Part shown: in pieces, positions 7,587-17,305 of the stretch
Numbering within the stretch: position 1 is the stretch's first letter
How the letters are laid out: the number at the start of each line of letters is the position of its first letter
NCBI GenBank assembly: GCA_050729835.1
Contig: JBOHLS010000016.1
Span: 35,285-59,284, forward strand
Length of the DNA: 24,000 nucleotides
From: Stellaceae bacterium
GTDB lineage: Bacteria; Pseudomonadota; Alphaproteobacteria; ATCC43930; CGMCC-115725
Reading direction: 5' to 3'
The notes under the pieces: generated by a model
Database searches by the model: none
Told to the model about the DNA's origin: nothing
What the model saw: the letters and a program-made list of their open reading frames with translations, nothing else
Position numbers and translations under genes: made by a program

Positions 7587-7790
7587 ATGCCGGTACTGCT
7601 GGTGCTGGGCTTGTTCTCGCGCCTCGCGACGCTGCCGATGCTCAGCATGACCCTCGTGATCCAGGCCTTCGTTTATCCCGAGGACTGGATCGAGCATCTC
7701 GGCTGGGCGGCCTTCCTGCTGCTGATCCTCACGCGCGGTCCCGGTCCGATTGCGCTCGACAATTTCGTCGCCAGGTGGCTCGAGCGGTAG
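7587..7790 (+). pseudogene. DoxX-family membrane protein remnant (C-terminal two TM helices only)
   Basis: PVLLVLGLFSRLATLPMLSMTLVIQAFVYPEDWIEHLGWAAFLLLILTRGPGPIALDNFVARWL resembles the DoxX C-terminal half. The preceding part of ORF 7476..7790 is non-membrane junk that overlaps the peroxiredoxin remnant on the other strand. Confidence 0.5.
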
Positions 7791-7797
7791 AGCGGCC

Positions 7798-8211
7798 CTA
7801 CGGCGTTGCGTTGAGCCGCTTCAATCCGTCCTGCGCCTCTTTCATCTTGGGATCGAGCTTGAGCGCCGTCCGATAGTCGGCGACCGCCTGATCGCGTTTG
7901 CCGAGCTTCTCGTAAATTTCCGCCCGGGTCTCGATGACGGCGGCGTTCTTCGGCGCCAGGATCAGCGCCATGTCGACGTCGCGCAGGCCTTTGACGTCCT
8001 CGCCCTTGCGGTGATAGGCCCAGGCGCGGTTGTTGTAGGCATAGACCAGCATCTTGTCGGTCTGCTTGTCGGTCGCGATCAGTGCCGTGCAGCCGGCGAT
8101 CGCCTCGTCGGGCTGGGCGCTGGCGCAGTACAGGGCGTTGGCTCCGGGCGTTTGCGCCCAGGCCATTGGCGCCGCCAGCGTCAATGCCAATGCGATCGCG
8201 ACTTTGCGCAT
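7798..8211 (-). CDS. Secreted tetratricopeptide-repeat (TPR) protein
   Basis: 137 aa. Signal peptide MRKVAIALALTLAAPMAWAQ. TPR-like repeats (AYNNRAWAYHRKGEDVKGLRDVDMALILAPKNAAVIETRAEIYEKLGKRDQAVADYRTALKLDP). Confidence 0.75.
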   Translation of the reverse strand: MRKVAIALALTLAAPMAWAQTPGANALYCASAQPDEAIAGCTALIATDKQTDKMLVYAYNNRAWAYHRKGEDVKGLRDVDMALILAPKNAAVIETRAEIYEKLGKRDQAVADYRTALKLDPKMKEAQDGLKRLNATP

Positions 8212-8233
8212 GAAACGGTCCGCGCGCCTACCT

Positions 8234-8572
8234 TCAGGCCCGGGTCGCCACGCCCTTGTCGGCGAGCACCTGCTTGAGCTCGCCGTTCTCGTACATCTCG
8301 CTGACGATGTCGCAGCCGCCGACTAACTCGCCCTTGACGTAGAGCTGCGGGATCGTCGGCCAGTTGGAGAATTCCTTGACGCCTTGGCGGATCGCCGGGT
8401 CGGCGAGCACGTCGATGCCTTTGAACTTGACGCCCATCTGGGTAAGGATCTGCACCACGCGGGCGGAGAAGCCGCATTGCGGAAAAACCGGCGTGCCTTT
8501 CATGAATAGCACGACGGTATTGTCGGCGATGTCCTGCTTGATGCGGTCGGTGACGGTGGCGTCGGTGGCCAT
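8234..8572 (-). CDS. grxD: Monothiol glutaredoxin, Grx4 family
   Basis: [43 protein letters not shown] carries the CGFS active site, with [19 protein letters not shown] downstream. 112 aa from the ATG at 8572. The longer track ORF start is rejected. Confidence 0.9.
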   Translation of the reverse strand: MATDATVTDRIKQDIADNTVVLFMKGTPVFPQCGFSARVVQILTQMGVKFKGIDVLADPAIRQGVKEFSNWPTIPQLYVKGELVGGCDIVSEMYENGELKQVLADKGVATRA

Positions 8573-8606
8573 GTGATCCTCGCGATGAAACCGGTTCGTC
8601 TCTGCT

Positions 8607-8843
8607 TCACTCTTCGGGCGCGCTGGTCTGCAAGGCCAGCGCGTGCAACTCGTTGCCCATGCGGCCCTGGAGCGCGGCATAGACCATCTGGTGCTGCTGC
8701 ACCCGGCTCTTGCCCTTGAAGGCCAGCGACACCACGAGAGCGGCATAATGGTCGCCGTCGCCGCGCAAATCCTCAATGGTGACGCGCGCGCCGGGCAGGC
8801 CGTCCTTGATAAGCTTTTCGATCGTCGCCGCGTCGAGCGCCAT
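8607..8843 (-). CDS. BolA-family protein
   Basis: 78 aa from the ATG at 8843: [73 protein letters not shown] (BolA fold signature with the conserved H.LA..T). Adjacent to grxD, its usual partner. Confidence 0.85.
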   Translation of the reverse strand: MALDAATIEKLIKDGLPGARVTIEDLRGDGDHYAALVVSLAFKGKSRVQQHQMVYAALQGRMGNELHALALQTSAPEE

Positions 8844-8851
8844 CCGCGTCC

Positions 8852-11049
<2,198 letters not shown>

Positions 11050-11053
<4 letters not shown>

Positions 11054-11739
11054 GCCAGCGCCTCGGCGAGCGAGGCGAAGAAGCCCTGGCCGTCGGTGGC
11101 GCCCAAGAGCGGATCGGTCGCGTCCTCGGGGTGTGGCATCAATCCCAGCACGTTGCGTTTCTCGTTGAGGATGCCGGCGATGGCGCGCGCCGAGCCGTTG
11201 TCGTTGGCGTCGTCGGCGATTTCACCGGTCGCGCTGCAATAACGGAAGGCGACACGACCGTCGCCTTCGAGCCGATCGAGTGTGTCCTTGTCGGCGAAAT
11301 AATTGCCGTCGTGATGCGCCACCGGCACGCGGATCACCTGGCCGGCGTTGTAGCGCCGCGTGTAGACACTCTGGCTGGTCTCGACCCTGAGATGCACGTC
11401 CTTGCAGTGGAAGCGCAGGGTCCGGTTGGTCAGCAATACGCCGGGCAGCAAACCGGCCTCGGTGACGATCTGGAAGCCGTTGCAGATGCCCAAAACCGGA
11501 GTTCCGGCTTCGGCGCGCGCCTTGACCTCACGCATGATCGGCGAATACGCCGCCATCGCGCCGCAGCGCAGATAATCGCCATAGGAAAAGCCGCCGGGAA
11601 TGACGATCAGATCGGCCTTGGGCAAGTCGCTGTCGCGGTGCCAGACCTTGAGGGGCGCCTTGCCGGTCGCACGGTGCAGCGCGTCATGCACGTCCTGCTC
11701 GCGATTCGAGCCAGGGAACAGGATGATCGCGGCTTGCAT
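11050..11739 (-). CDS. purQ: Phosphoribosylformylglycinamidine synthase glutaminase subunit PurQ
   Basis: 229 aa. [37 protein letters not shown] (catalytic Cys) and MPHPE motifs. Confidence 0.95.
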
Positions 11740-11799
11740 AGACGGGCGGCCTCGGGCGGGCGGGATACGCCCTTGAGATAGCCCGCGCCGGGCGGGCGT

Positions 11800-12633
11800 T
11801 CAAGAGTGCTTAGCCCCCGAGTCGAGTGCCGCGACCATGGCGGTGACCAGCGGCTTGAGGTGGAACGAGCCGCCGGCGGGCACGATGGCGACGCGGCCAC
11901 CGAGCTTCTCGACCGCGGCGCCGACCACCGGACCGATCGCGGCGATCTTGGTGCGCGCCAAGCCGTCGCGCAGCTGCGTTTCCTTGCCGCGCTCGCGCGC
12001 CACCTCGGCCAGACGCTCGAGCTGCATTGAGCCGGTGAAGGCGATGGCGTCGAGCCTGCCGGCGGCGAGCTCGTCAATCAGCGCGACGACCTGGCCGGTC
12101 TCGGCGTCGGTGGCGTAGCGATACGGCACGATGGAATCGGGCGTGGCGCCGGCTTGCGCCAGGAAATCGAGCAAGGCGGCGTTGGGATTGCCGGGATAAA
12201 GCTGCACGCCGATCAAACGGCCCTTGAGGTTCTCGCGCGCCAGCGTGGCGATCACGCTGGCGGTGGTCGGTTCGGCGGCGGTCAGGGCCGCCTTGAGGCC
12301 CAATTCGCGCAGCGCGCGCACCGGCTTCGGCCCGCGCGTGACGGTGCGGAGCTTGCCGAGCGCGGCGACGACATCGGCTTCGATGCCGGCGCGGCGGGCA
12401 ATGCCGATCAGCCGGCGCAGACCTTCGCCGGTGAGCAGAATAAGGTCGTCGAAGCGGCTCTCAACTAGCCGCTTGAGCCAGGCCGCGGCCGTCGCCGGAT
12501 CGTCAAGGTCGCGGATCGCCACCAACGGGCAACGCAGCGTCGTCGCGCCGTGCTCCTCGAGCATACGCGCGAACAGGTCGATCTCGCGGCTTTCGGGCAC
12601 CGCGATGCGCTTGCCGGAGAGGGGGCCGGTCAT
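11800..12633 (-). CDS. Uroporphyrinogen-III synthase (HemD/HEM4) family protein
   Basis: 277 aa from the ATG at 12633: MTGPLSGKRIAVPESREIDLFARMLEEHGATTLRCPLVAI...DLILLTGEGLRRL...DAIAFTGSMQLERL shows the duplicated HEM4 half-domain pattern. The track ORF extends to 13038 only because a repeat element and part of purS are read through. Confidence 0.7.
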   Translation of the reverse strand: MTGPLSGKRIAVPESREIDLFARMLEEHGATTLRCPLVAIRDLDDPATAAAWLKRLVESRFDDLILLTGEGLRRLIGIARRAGIEADVVAALGKLRTVTRGPKPVRALRELGLKAALTAAEPTTASVIATLARENLKGRLIGVQLYPGNPNAALLDFLAQAGATPDSIVPYRYATDAETGQVVALIDELAAGRLDAIAFTGSMQLERLAEVARERGKETQLRDGLARTKIAAIGPVVGAAVEKLGGRVAIVPAGGSFHLKPLVTAMVAALDSGAKHS

Positions 12634-12675
12634 ATCCGAAGCTATGCAAAATTCTGCTGGCTTGCCAACTGCCTC

Positions 12676-12761
12676 CGTCATTGCGAGCGAAGCGAAGCAA
12701 TCCAGAGCCGGTGCGAGTGCTGGATTGCTTCGGCTGCGTTCCGCGCAGCCTCGCAATGACG
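12676..12761. repeat. Nested palindromic intergenic repeat (CATTGCGAGCGAAGCGAAGCAATCC... / ...CTCGCAATGAC type)
   Basis: cgtcattgcgag (12676-12687) pairs with ctcgcaatgacg (12750-12761). gaagcaatccag (12694-12705) pairs with ctggattgcttc (12720-12731). Inner mini-hairpin ggctgcg..cgcagcc. When translated it gives the ...DCFASLAMT... artefact peptides that I recall from Bradyrhizobium/Rhodopseudomonas-type genomes. Confidence 0.7.
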
Positions 12762-12770
12762 AAATGGAAA

Positions 12771-13016
12771 TCAGCCCTGAATCTCGACCCGGTAGCTTTC
12801 GATCAGCGTGTTGGCGAGCAGCTTCTCGCACATCGTCTCGACCTCGCGTTTGGCCTTGACCGGGTCGCTCTCGCTCAATTCGAGATCGATCACCTTGCCT
12901 TGGTGCACTTCGCCGACGCCGTTGAAGCCGAGCGAGGCGAGGGCGTGCGAGATCGCCTTGCCCTGCGGATCGAGCACGCCCGATTTGGGCATGATCTGGA
13001 CGCGCGCCTTGACCAC
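12771..13016 (-). CDS. purS: Phosphoribosylformylglycinamidine synthase subunit PurS
   Basis: 81 aa from the GTG at 13016: (M)VKARVQIMPKSGVLDPQGKAISHALASLGFNGVGEVHQGKVIDLEL.... The start overlaps the purC stop by 1 nt (TAGTG). Confidence 0.9.
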   Translation of the reverse strand: MVKARVQIMPKSGVLDPQGKAISHALASLGFNGVGEVHQGKVIDLELSESDPVKAKREVETMCEKLLANTLIESYRVEIQG

Positions 13017-13780
13017 TAGTGCACGACCTGCGGCGCACGCGCGTTGCCCGGCGAACCTTCGTTCAAGAGGCCGAGGCGGCGCGCGACTTCCTGATACGCC
13101 TCTTCGACCTTGCCGAGATCGCGGCGGAAGCGGTCCTTGTCGAGCTTCTCGTTGGTCTTCAAGTCCCACAGGCGGCAGTTGTCGGGGCTGATCTCGTCGG
13201 CCAGGACGATGCGCATCTCGTCGCCTTCGTAGAGCCGGCCGAACTCGAGCTTGAAGTCGATCAAGCGGATGCCGATGCCGAGGAACAGGCCGGTGAGGAA
13301 GTCGTTGACGCGCAGCGACATCTGCATGATGTCGTCGAGGTCCTGGGTCGAGGCCCAGCCGAAGGCGGTTATGTGCTCCTCCGACACCATCGGGTCGCCG
13401 AGCTCGTCCTTCTTGTAATAATACTCGACGATCGAGCGCGGGAGCGACGCGCCTTCCTCAAGGCCGAAACGCTTGGCGAGCGAGCCGGCGATGACGTTCC
13501 TGATCACGACCTCGACGGGGATGATCTGCACCTGCTTGACGAGCTGCTCGCGCATGTTGAGCCGGCGAACGAAATGCGTCGGCACGCCGATCTCGGCCAG
13601 GCGCAACATCAGGTACTCGCTGATGCGGTTGTTGAGCACGCCCTTGCCGGTGATCGTGCCCTTCTTCTGGTTGTTGAAGGCGGTGGCGTCGTCCTTGAAA
13701 TACTGGACGAGGGTGCCGGGCTCGGGGCCCTCGAACAGCACCTTGGCCTTGCCTTCGTAGATTTGCTTGCGTCGGGTCAT
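13016..13780 (-). CDS. purC: Phosphoribosylaminoimidazole-succinocarboxamide (SAICAR) synthase PurC
   Basis: 254 aa from the ATG at 13780: [55 protein letters not shown]...[14 protein letters not shown]. Confidence 0.95.
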   Translation of the reverse strand: MTRRKQIYEGKAKVLFEGPEPGTLVQYFKDDATAFNNQKKGTITGKGVLNNRISEYLMLRLAEIGVPTHFVRRLNMREQLVKQVQIIPVEVVIRNVIAGSLAKRFGLEEGASLPRSIVEYYYKKDELGDPMVSEEHITAFGWASTQDLDDIMQMSLRVNDFLTGLFLGIGIRLIDFKLEFGRLYEGDEMRIVLADEISPDNCRLWDLKTNEKLDKDRFRRDLGKVEEAYQEVARRLGLLNEGSPGNARAPQVVH

Positions 13781-13814
13781 GTCCGCCTCGGCGGAAATAG
13801 GGAGGCAAGACTTT

Positions 13815-13842
13815 ATATAGCAAGCGGAACCCGCCGCGCCAA
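13815..13842 (-). promoter_or_regulatory. Candidate sigma-70 promoter for purC-purS (-35 TTGGCG, 16-nt spacer, -10 CTATAT)
   Basis: Minus-strand reading: TTGGCG (13842-13837), 16 nt, CTATAT (13820-13815), ending 34 nt upstream of the purC ATG. CTATAT matches the alphaproteobacterial -10 consensus as I recall it. Confidence 0.3.
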
Positions 13843-13882
13843 CGCCGCTGCGTCGCACCGCATCGAGTCGTGCACAGGCTTT

Positions 13883-14632
13883 TTAGGTTGGAATGTCACG
13901 CCAGGGCGCGGGCTTAGGCTGCCAGGCGGCGAAGCGGAATTTCGCCTTGCGCCGGCCGGGCGCGGGCAAAGCCACGAGCGCGCTCGACACCGTGCCGAAG
14001 CCCTCGGGCGTCAGGAAGCGCATTGCGTTGGCGGCGCCGTCCGCCGGATCGGGGCGGTCGTCGGCCAGCAGCTTTTCCCACGCCGTCCAGTCGCCGGCCG
14101 TTGGATCGGGCGTCTTGGCGCGCTCGAACAGCGGGCGATAGCGCTCGAGGCGCGGCGTCGCGTCGTCGAGATCGCCGGCAGCGATCATCGCCAGGCCCGG
14201 CTTGATTTCGCGGAGTTCAATCGGGCGGTGGCCGCTCGGGTCGGCGTGCTTGAGCCAGAACGCCTCGCGGTTGTCGGCGAGGATCAGATTGAAGGTGCGA
14301 TAGGCCTTGGGATCGAGCCCGGCGAGCGCATGTCCTGCCGCCGCCGCATCGGCGTGATCGAGCGCCTCGAGCACCAGCTCGCCGCGCGAGCGCGCGCCCG
14401 GCGCCGGACCGAGCGAGCCGAAGCGGTTGAGGATGCCGGCCAGCAAGCCGCGGTCGTTGATGCCAAACCACGAGCCGCCGGCCAGATCGTCGAGGCCGGC
14501 GACCACCTCGGGCCGGTCGCGCCAGTGCCGCGCCGGCGACTGCCACGGCCGGCCGATCATCTCGTCGCGATTGGCGCCGACCACCACCGGCCAGTCGTGG
14601 CCCGGCCGACGCAGGATGACGAAGGTGCACAT
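13883..14632 (-). CDS. NRDE-family protein (TANGO2/DUF833-like)
   Basis: 249 aa from the ATG at 14632: MCTFVILRRPGHDWPVVVGANRDEMIGRPW, with the Met-Cys N-terminus and the eponymous NRDE motif. The longer track ORF start is rejected. Confidence 0.8.
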   Translation of the reverse strand: MCTFVILRRPGHDWPVVVGANRDEMIGRPWQSPARHWRDRPEVVAGLDDLAGGSWFGINDRGLLAGILNRFGSLGPAPGARSRGELVLEALDHADAAAAGHALAGLDPKAYRTFNLILADNREAFWLKHADPSGHRPIELREIKPGLAMIAAGDLDDATPRLERYRPLFERAKTPDPTAGDWTAWEKLLADDRPDPADGAANAMRFLTPEGFGTVSSALVALPAPGRRKAKFRFAAWQPKPAPWRDIPT

Positions 14633-14698
14633 GCGGCGGCGATGATGAACCGGCGTGCGCGCTTTGTGTAGCGCCGCGGAGGGTCTACACTGCGGTGC

Positions 14699-15028
14699 AT
14701 GACCACCTTCAACGAACGCGAAAAAGCCGAAGAGGCGAAGTTCCATCACGACCAGGAACTTGCCTTCAAGGCGCGCGCCCGGCGCAACCATCTGTTCGGC
14801 CTGTGGGCGGCGGACAAGCTCGGCCTGCGCGGCGACGCCGCCGAACACTACGCTCGCGAGCTGATGGCGGCGGCCTTCGGCAAGCACGGCGACGAGGCGG
14901 TGCTCGCCAAGATTGAGGCCGACTTCAAGGCCAAGGGCGTCGACGTGACGCTCGACTCCGCCCGCATCCGGTTCGAGCTCGATCGCTGCTTGGCCGACGC
15001 TAAGAAGCAGCTCGGCGCCCCGCGCTAG
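14699..15028 (+). CDS. DUF1476 protein (F1-ATPase inhibitor zeta-subunit family)
   Basis: 109 aa. MTTFNEREKAEEAKFHHDQELAFKARARRNHLFGLWAADKLGL is the typical DUF1476 N-terminus. Commonly found next to purC in alphaproteobacteria, as I recall. Confidence 0.8.
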   Translation: MTTFNEREKAEEAKFHHDQELAFKARARRNHLFGLWAADKLGLRGDAAEHYARELMAAAFGKHGDEAVLAKIEADFKAKGVDVTLDSARIRFELDRCLADAKKQLGAPR

Positions 15029-15055
15029 AAGAATTTTCCGGCGCGGGCCGGCCGC

Positions 15056-16747
15056 CTACTTGTGGAGCGCGCTCTTCGGGTTGAGGCTCGAGATGTGCCC
15101 GCTCTCGGTGCCGGCCGTCGGATCGATCACGGCGTTGATCAGCGCCGGCTTGCCGGCGGCGAGCGCGGCGCTGACCGCCTTCTGCAGATCCGCGCTTTTC
15201 TCGACGTGATAGCCGACGCCGCCGAAGGCCTCGATCATCTTCTCGTAACGCGAGTTCGGCAGCAGGCCGGTGGGCGAGGGCGGCACGCCCGGCTGATCGC
15301 CGCGATAAATGCCGCTGTTGTTGAAGATCACGGTGACGATCGGCAGCTTATAGCGGCAGATCGTCTCGATCTCCATGCCGCAGAAGCCGAAGGCGCTGTC
15401 GCCTTCGACGGCGACCACCGGTTTGCCGCTGACCGTGGCGGCGCCGACGGCATAACCCATGCCGATGCCCATGACGCCCCAGGTGCCGCTGTCGAGGCGA
15501 TGACGCGGCTCCTTCATGTCGAGGATGTTGCGGCCAAAATCGAGCGTATTGGCGCCCTCGTTGACGACATAGACGTCCGGCCGCTCGGCGAGCGCGCTGC
15601 GCACGGCACGCAAGGCGCTGAAGAAGTTCATCGGCGTCGGGTCGGCGTTGAGCCGCGCCGCCATCTTCTCGATGTTCTTCTGCTTCTGCTGCGCCACCCC
15701 GTCGAGCCACGTCGCGCTCGGCTTGATCTGGCCGGGCTTGAGTGCGGCGAGGAAAGCCGCCATCGCCGATTTGATGTCGGCGGTCACCGGCGCTTCGATC
15801 GGACGGTTGCTGTCGATCTCGGTCGGCGCGATGTCGACCTGGATGAAGCGCGTGTTGCCCGACCAGGTCGGTGGCTTGCCGTGCGACAGCAGCCAGTTGA
15901 GGCGCGCGCCGACCAGCATGACGACGTCGGCATTCTTGAGGACAAACGAGCGCGCCGCCGCCGCCGATTGCTTGTGATCGTCGGGCAGCAGGCCCTTGGC
16001 CATGGACATTGGCAGGAACGGAATGCCGGTCTTCTCGACGAACGCGCGGATGTCCTTGTCGGCTTGCGCATAGGCTGCGCCCTTGCCGAGGAGGATGAGC
16101 GGCCGCTCGGCCTTGCCCAGCAGATTGAGCGCGCGGGTGATCGACTCCGGCGAGGGGATCGACGCGGGCGCCGGTTCGACGACCTTGATGAGCGACTTCT
16201 TGCCCGCCTCGATGTCGAGGACCGAGCCGAGCACCGCCGCGGGCAGGTCGAGGTAGACGCCGCCCGGCCGTCCCGACGACGCGGCATGGATGGCGCGCGC
16301 AATGCCGACGCCGATGTCCTCGGGCCGGTTGACGCGGAACGACGCCTTGGCGAAAGGCTTCGCCGCAGCCATCTGGTCCATTTCCTCGTAGTCGCCCTGC
16401 TCGAGATCGACGATCGGGCGCTCGCTCGAGCCGCTGACCAGGATCATCGGGAAGCAGTTGGTGGTGGCGTTGGCGAGGGCGACGAGGCCGTTGAGGAAGC
16501 CCGGCGCAGAGACCGTCATGCAGACGCCCGGCTTCTGCGTCAGATAGCCGGCGATCGCGGCGGCATTGCCGGCATTCTGCTCGTGCCGGAAGCCGTAGAC
16601 CCGCATGCCCTCGGCTTGCGCCAGGCGCAAGAGGTCGGTGATCGGAATGCCGGCGACGGTGTAAATCGTGTCGATGCCGTTGAGCTTCAGCGCATCCACC
16701 ACCAGGTGAAAGCCGTCGGTCATCGTTTGCGGAGCTTGCGAATCCAT
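15056..16747 (-). CDS. oxc: Oxalyl-CoA decarboxylase (ThDP-dependent)
   Basis: 563 aa. [98 protein letters not shown] and [12 protein letters not shown] are almost colinear with Oxalobacter formigenes Oxc as I recall it. Confidence 0.9.
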   Translation of the reverse strand: MDSQAPQTMTDGFHLVVDALKLNGIDTIYTVAGIPITDLLRLAQAEGMRVYGFRHEQNAGNAAAIAGYLTQKPGVCMTVSAPGFLNGLVALANATTNCFPMILVSGSSERPIVDLEQGDYEEMDQMAAAKPFAKASFRVNRPEDIGVGIARAIHAASSGRPGGVYLDLPAAVLGSVLDIEAGKKSLIKVVEPAPASIPSPESITRALNLLGKAERPLILLGKGAAYAQADKDIRAFVEKTGIPFLPMSMAKGLLPDDHKQSAAAARSFVLKNADVVMLVGARLNWLLSHGKPPTWSGNTRFIQVDIAPTEIDSNRPIEAPVTADIKSAMAAFLAALKPGQIKPSATWLDGVAQQKQKNIEKMAARLNADPTPMNFFSALRAVRSALAERPDVYVVNEGANTLDFGRNILDMKEPRHRLDSGTWGVMGIGMGYAVGAATVSGKPVVAVEGDSAFGFCGMEIETICRYKLPIVTVIFNNSGIYRGDQPGVPPSPTGLLPNSRYEKMIEAFGGVGYHVEKSADLQKAVSAALAAGKPALINAVIDPTAGTESGHISSLNPKSALHK

Positions 16748-16955
16748 CTCTCTCGTCCTCTATCGTCCCTTGGGCAATTTCAATTCGACCCCCACCGGCC
16801 GTCCACACGGCCGGCCGTGCCCGGCCAGAATCGTCAAAGCAGCGTCTTTGAATACCTCAAGCCGCCGGCCGTCAACACCTGTCGAGCAAAAAACCCTCAC
16901 ACCGGCGCAATTTTGTACCCCGGACGGCTCGCTCGCCCTGCGCTCCGGTCATCCG

Positions 16956-16980
16956 GCTGGCGCGAGCCCCACGCGCCAGC
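16956..16980. other. Perfect 9-bp GC-rich stem-loop in the oxc/oxlT divergent intergenic region
   Basis: gctggcgcg (16956-16964) / agcccca / cgcgccagc (16972-16980). No U-tract on either strand. Confidence 0.5.
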
Positions 16981-17194
16981 GACACCGATCGCGCCCGACG
17001 CCCGGTGCGGCCAACCGGTGCGGCGAAAAGTCACCCTGACGGTCTGGGCCGTTCGGATCGTGAAGGACAGGATGCCTGCCAGGATCATTCCGGCGCCAGC
17101 CTGTCCAGGGGCTTACCAACGTCGGGATTCCGGTGAGTGTCGCATCCGACGGCCCTAAACCTGCGGTTGAAGGCGATGCAAGCCGCAAAACCAA

Positions 17195-17224
17195 TTGACT
17201 TTAGTTAGCCCGGCATAACTAAAT
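17195..17224 (+). promoter_or_regulatory. Candidate oxlT promoter (-35 TTGACT, -10 CTAAAT) with an embedded 22-bp palindromic operator TTAGTTAGCCCGGCATAACTAA
   Basis: TTGACT 17195-17200. Palindrome 17201-17222 (7-bp perfect arms TTAGTTA/TAACTAA). CTAAAT 17219-17224 (18-nt spacer). Lies 82 nt upstream of the oxlT ATG. It is the only strongly AT-rich patch in a GC-rich intergenic region. Confidence 0.45.
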
Positions 17225-17305
17225 AGTGTTCAGGTATGCCACGGCGCGTAGCCGGGGCGGACCAAAGGAAACAACTAGAAACCCCGGGGAGGGAGGAAGA
17301 CCGAT

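Noticed and set aside
11800-13038. 412-aa ORF suggesting a large protein spanning the hemD-like gene, the repeat and purS
   Set aside because: The N-terminal 135 aa are a read-through of the palindromic repeat (..DCFASLAMT..) and of purS in a wrong frame. A clean ATG at 12633 starts the HemD-family domain.
16748-17305. Possible decayed formyl-CoA transferase (frc) gene or a known riboswitch in the oxc/oxlT spacer
   Set aside because: None of the six-frame translations resembles Frc as I recall it, and I could not recognise any known riboswitch core. I kept only the neutral observation that the region is long and structured.
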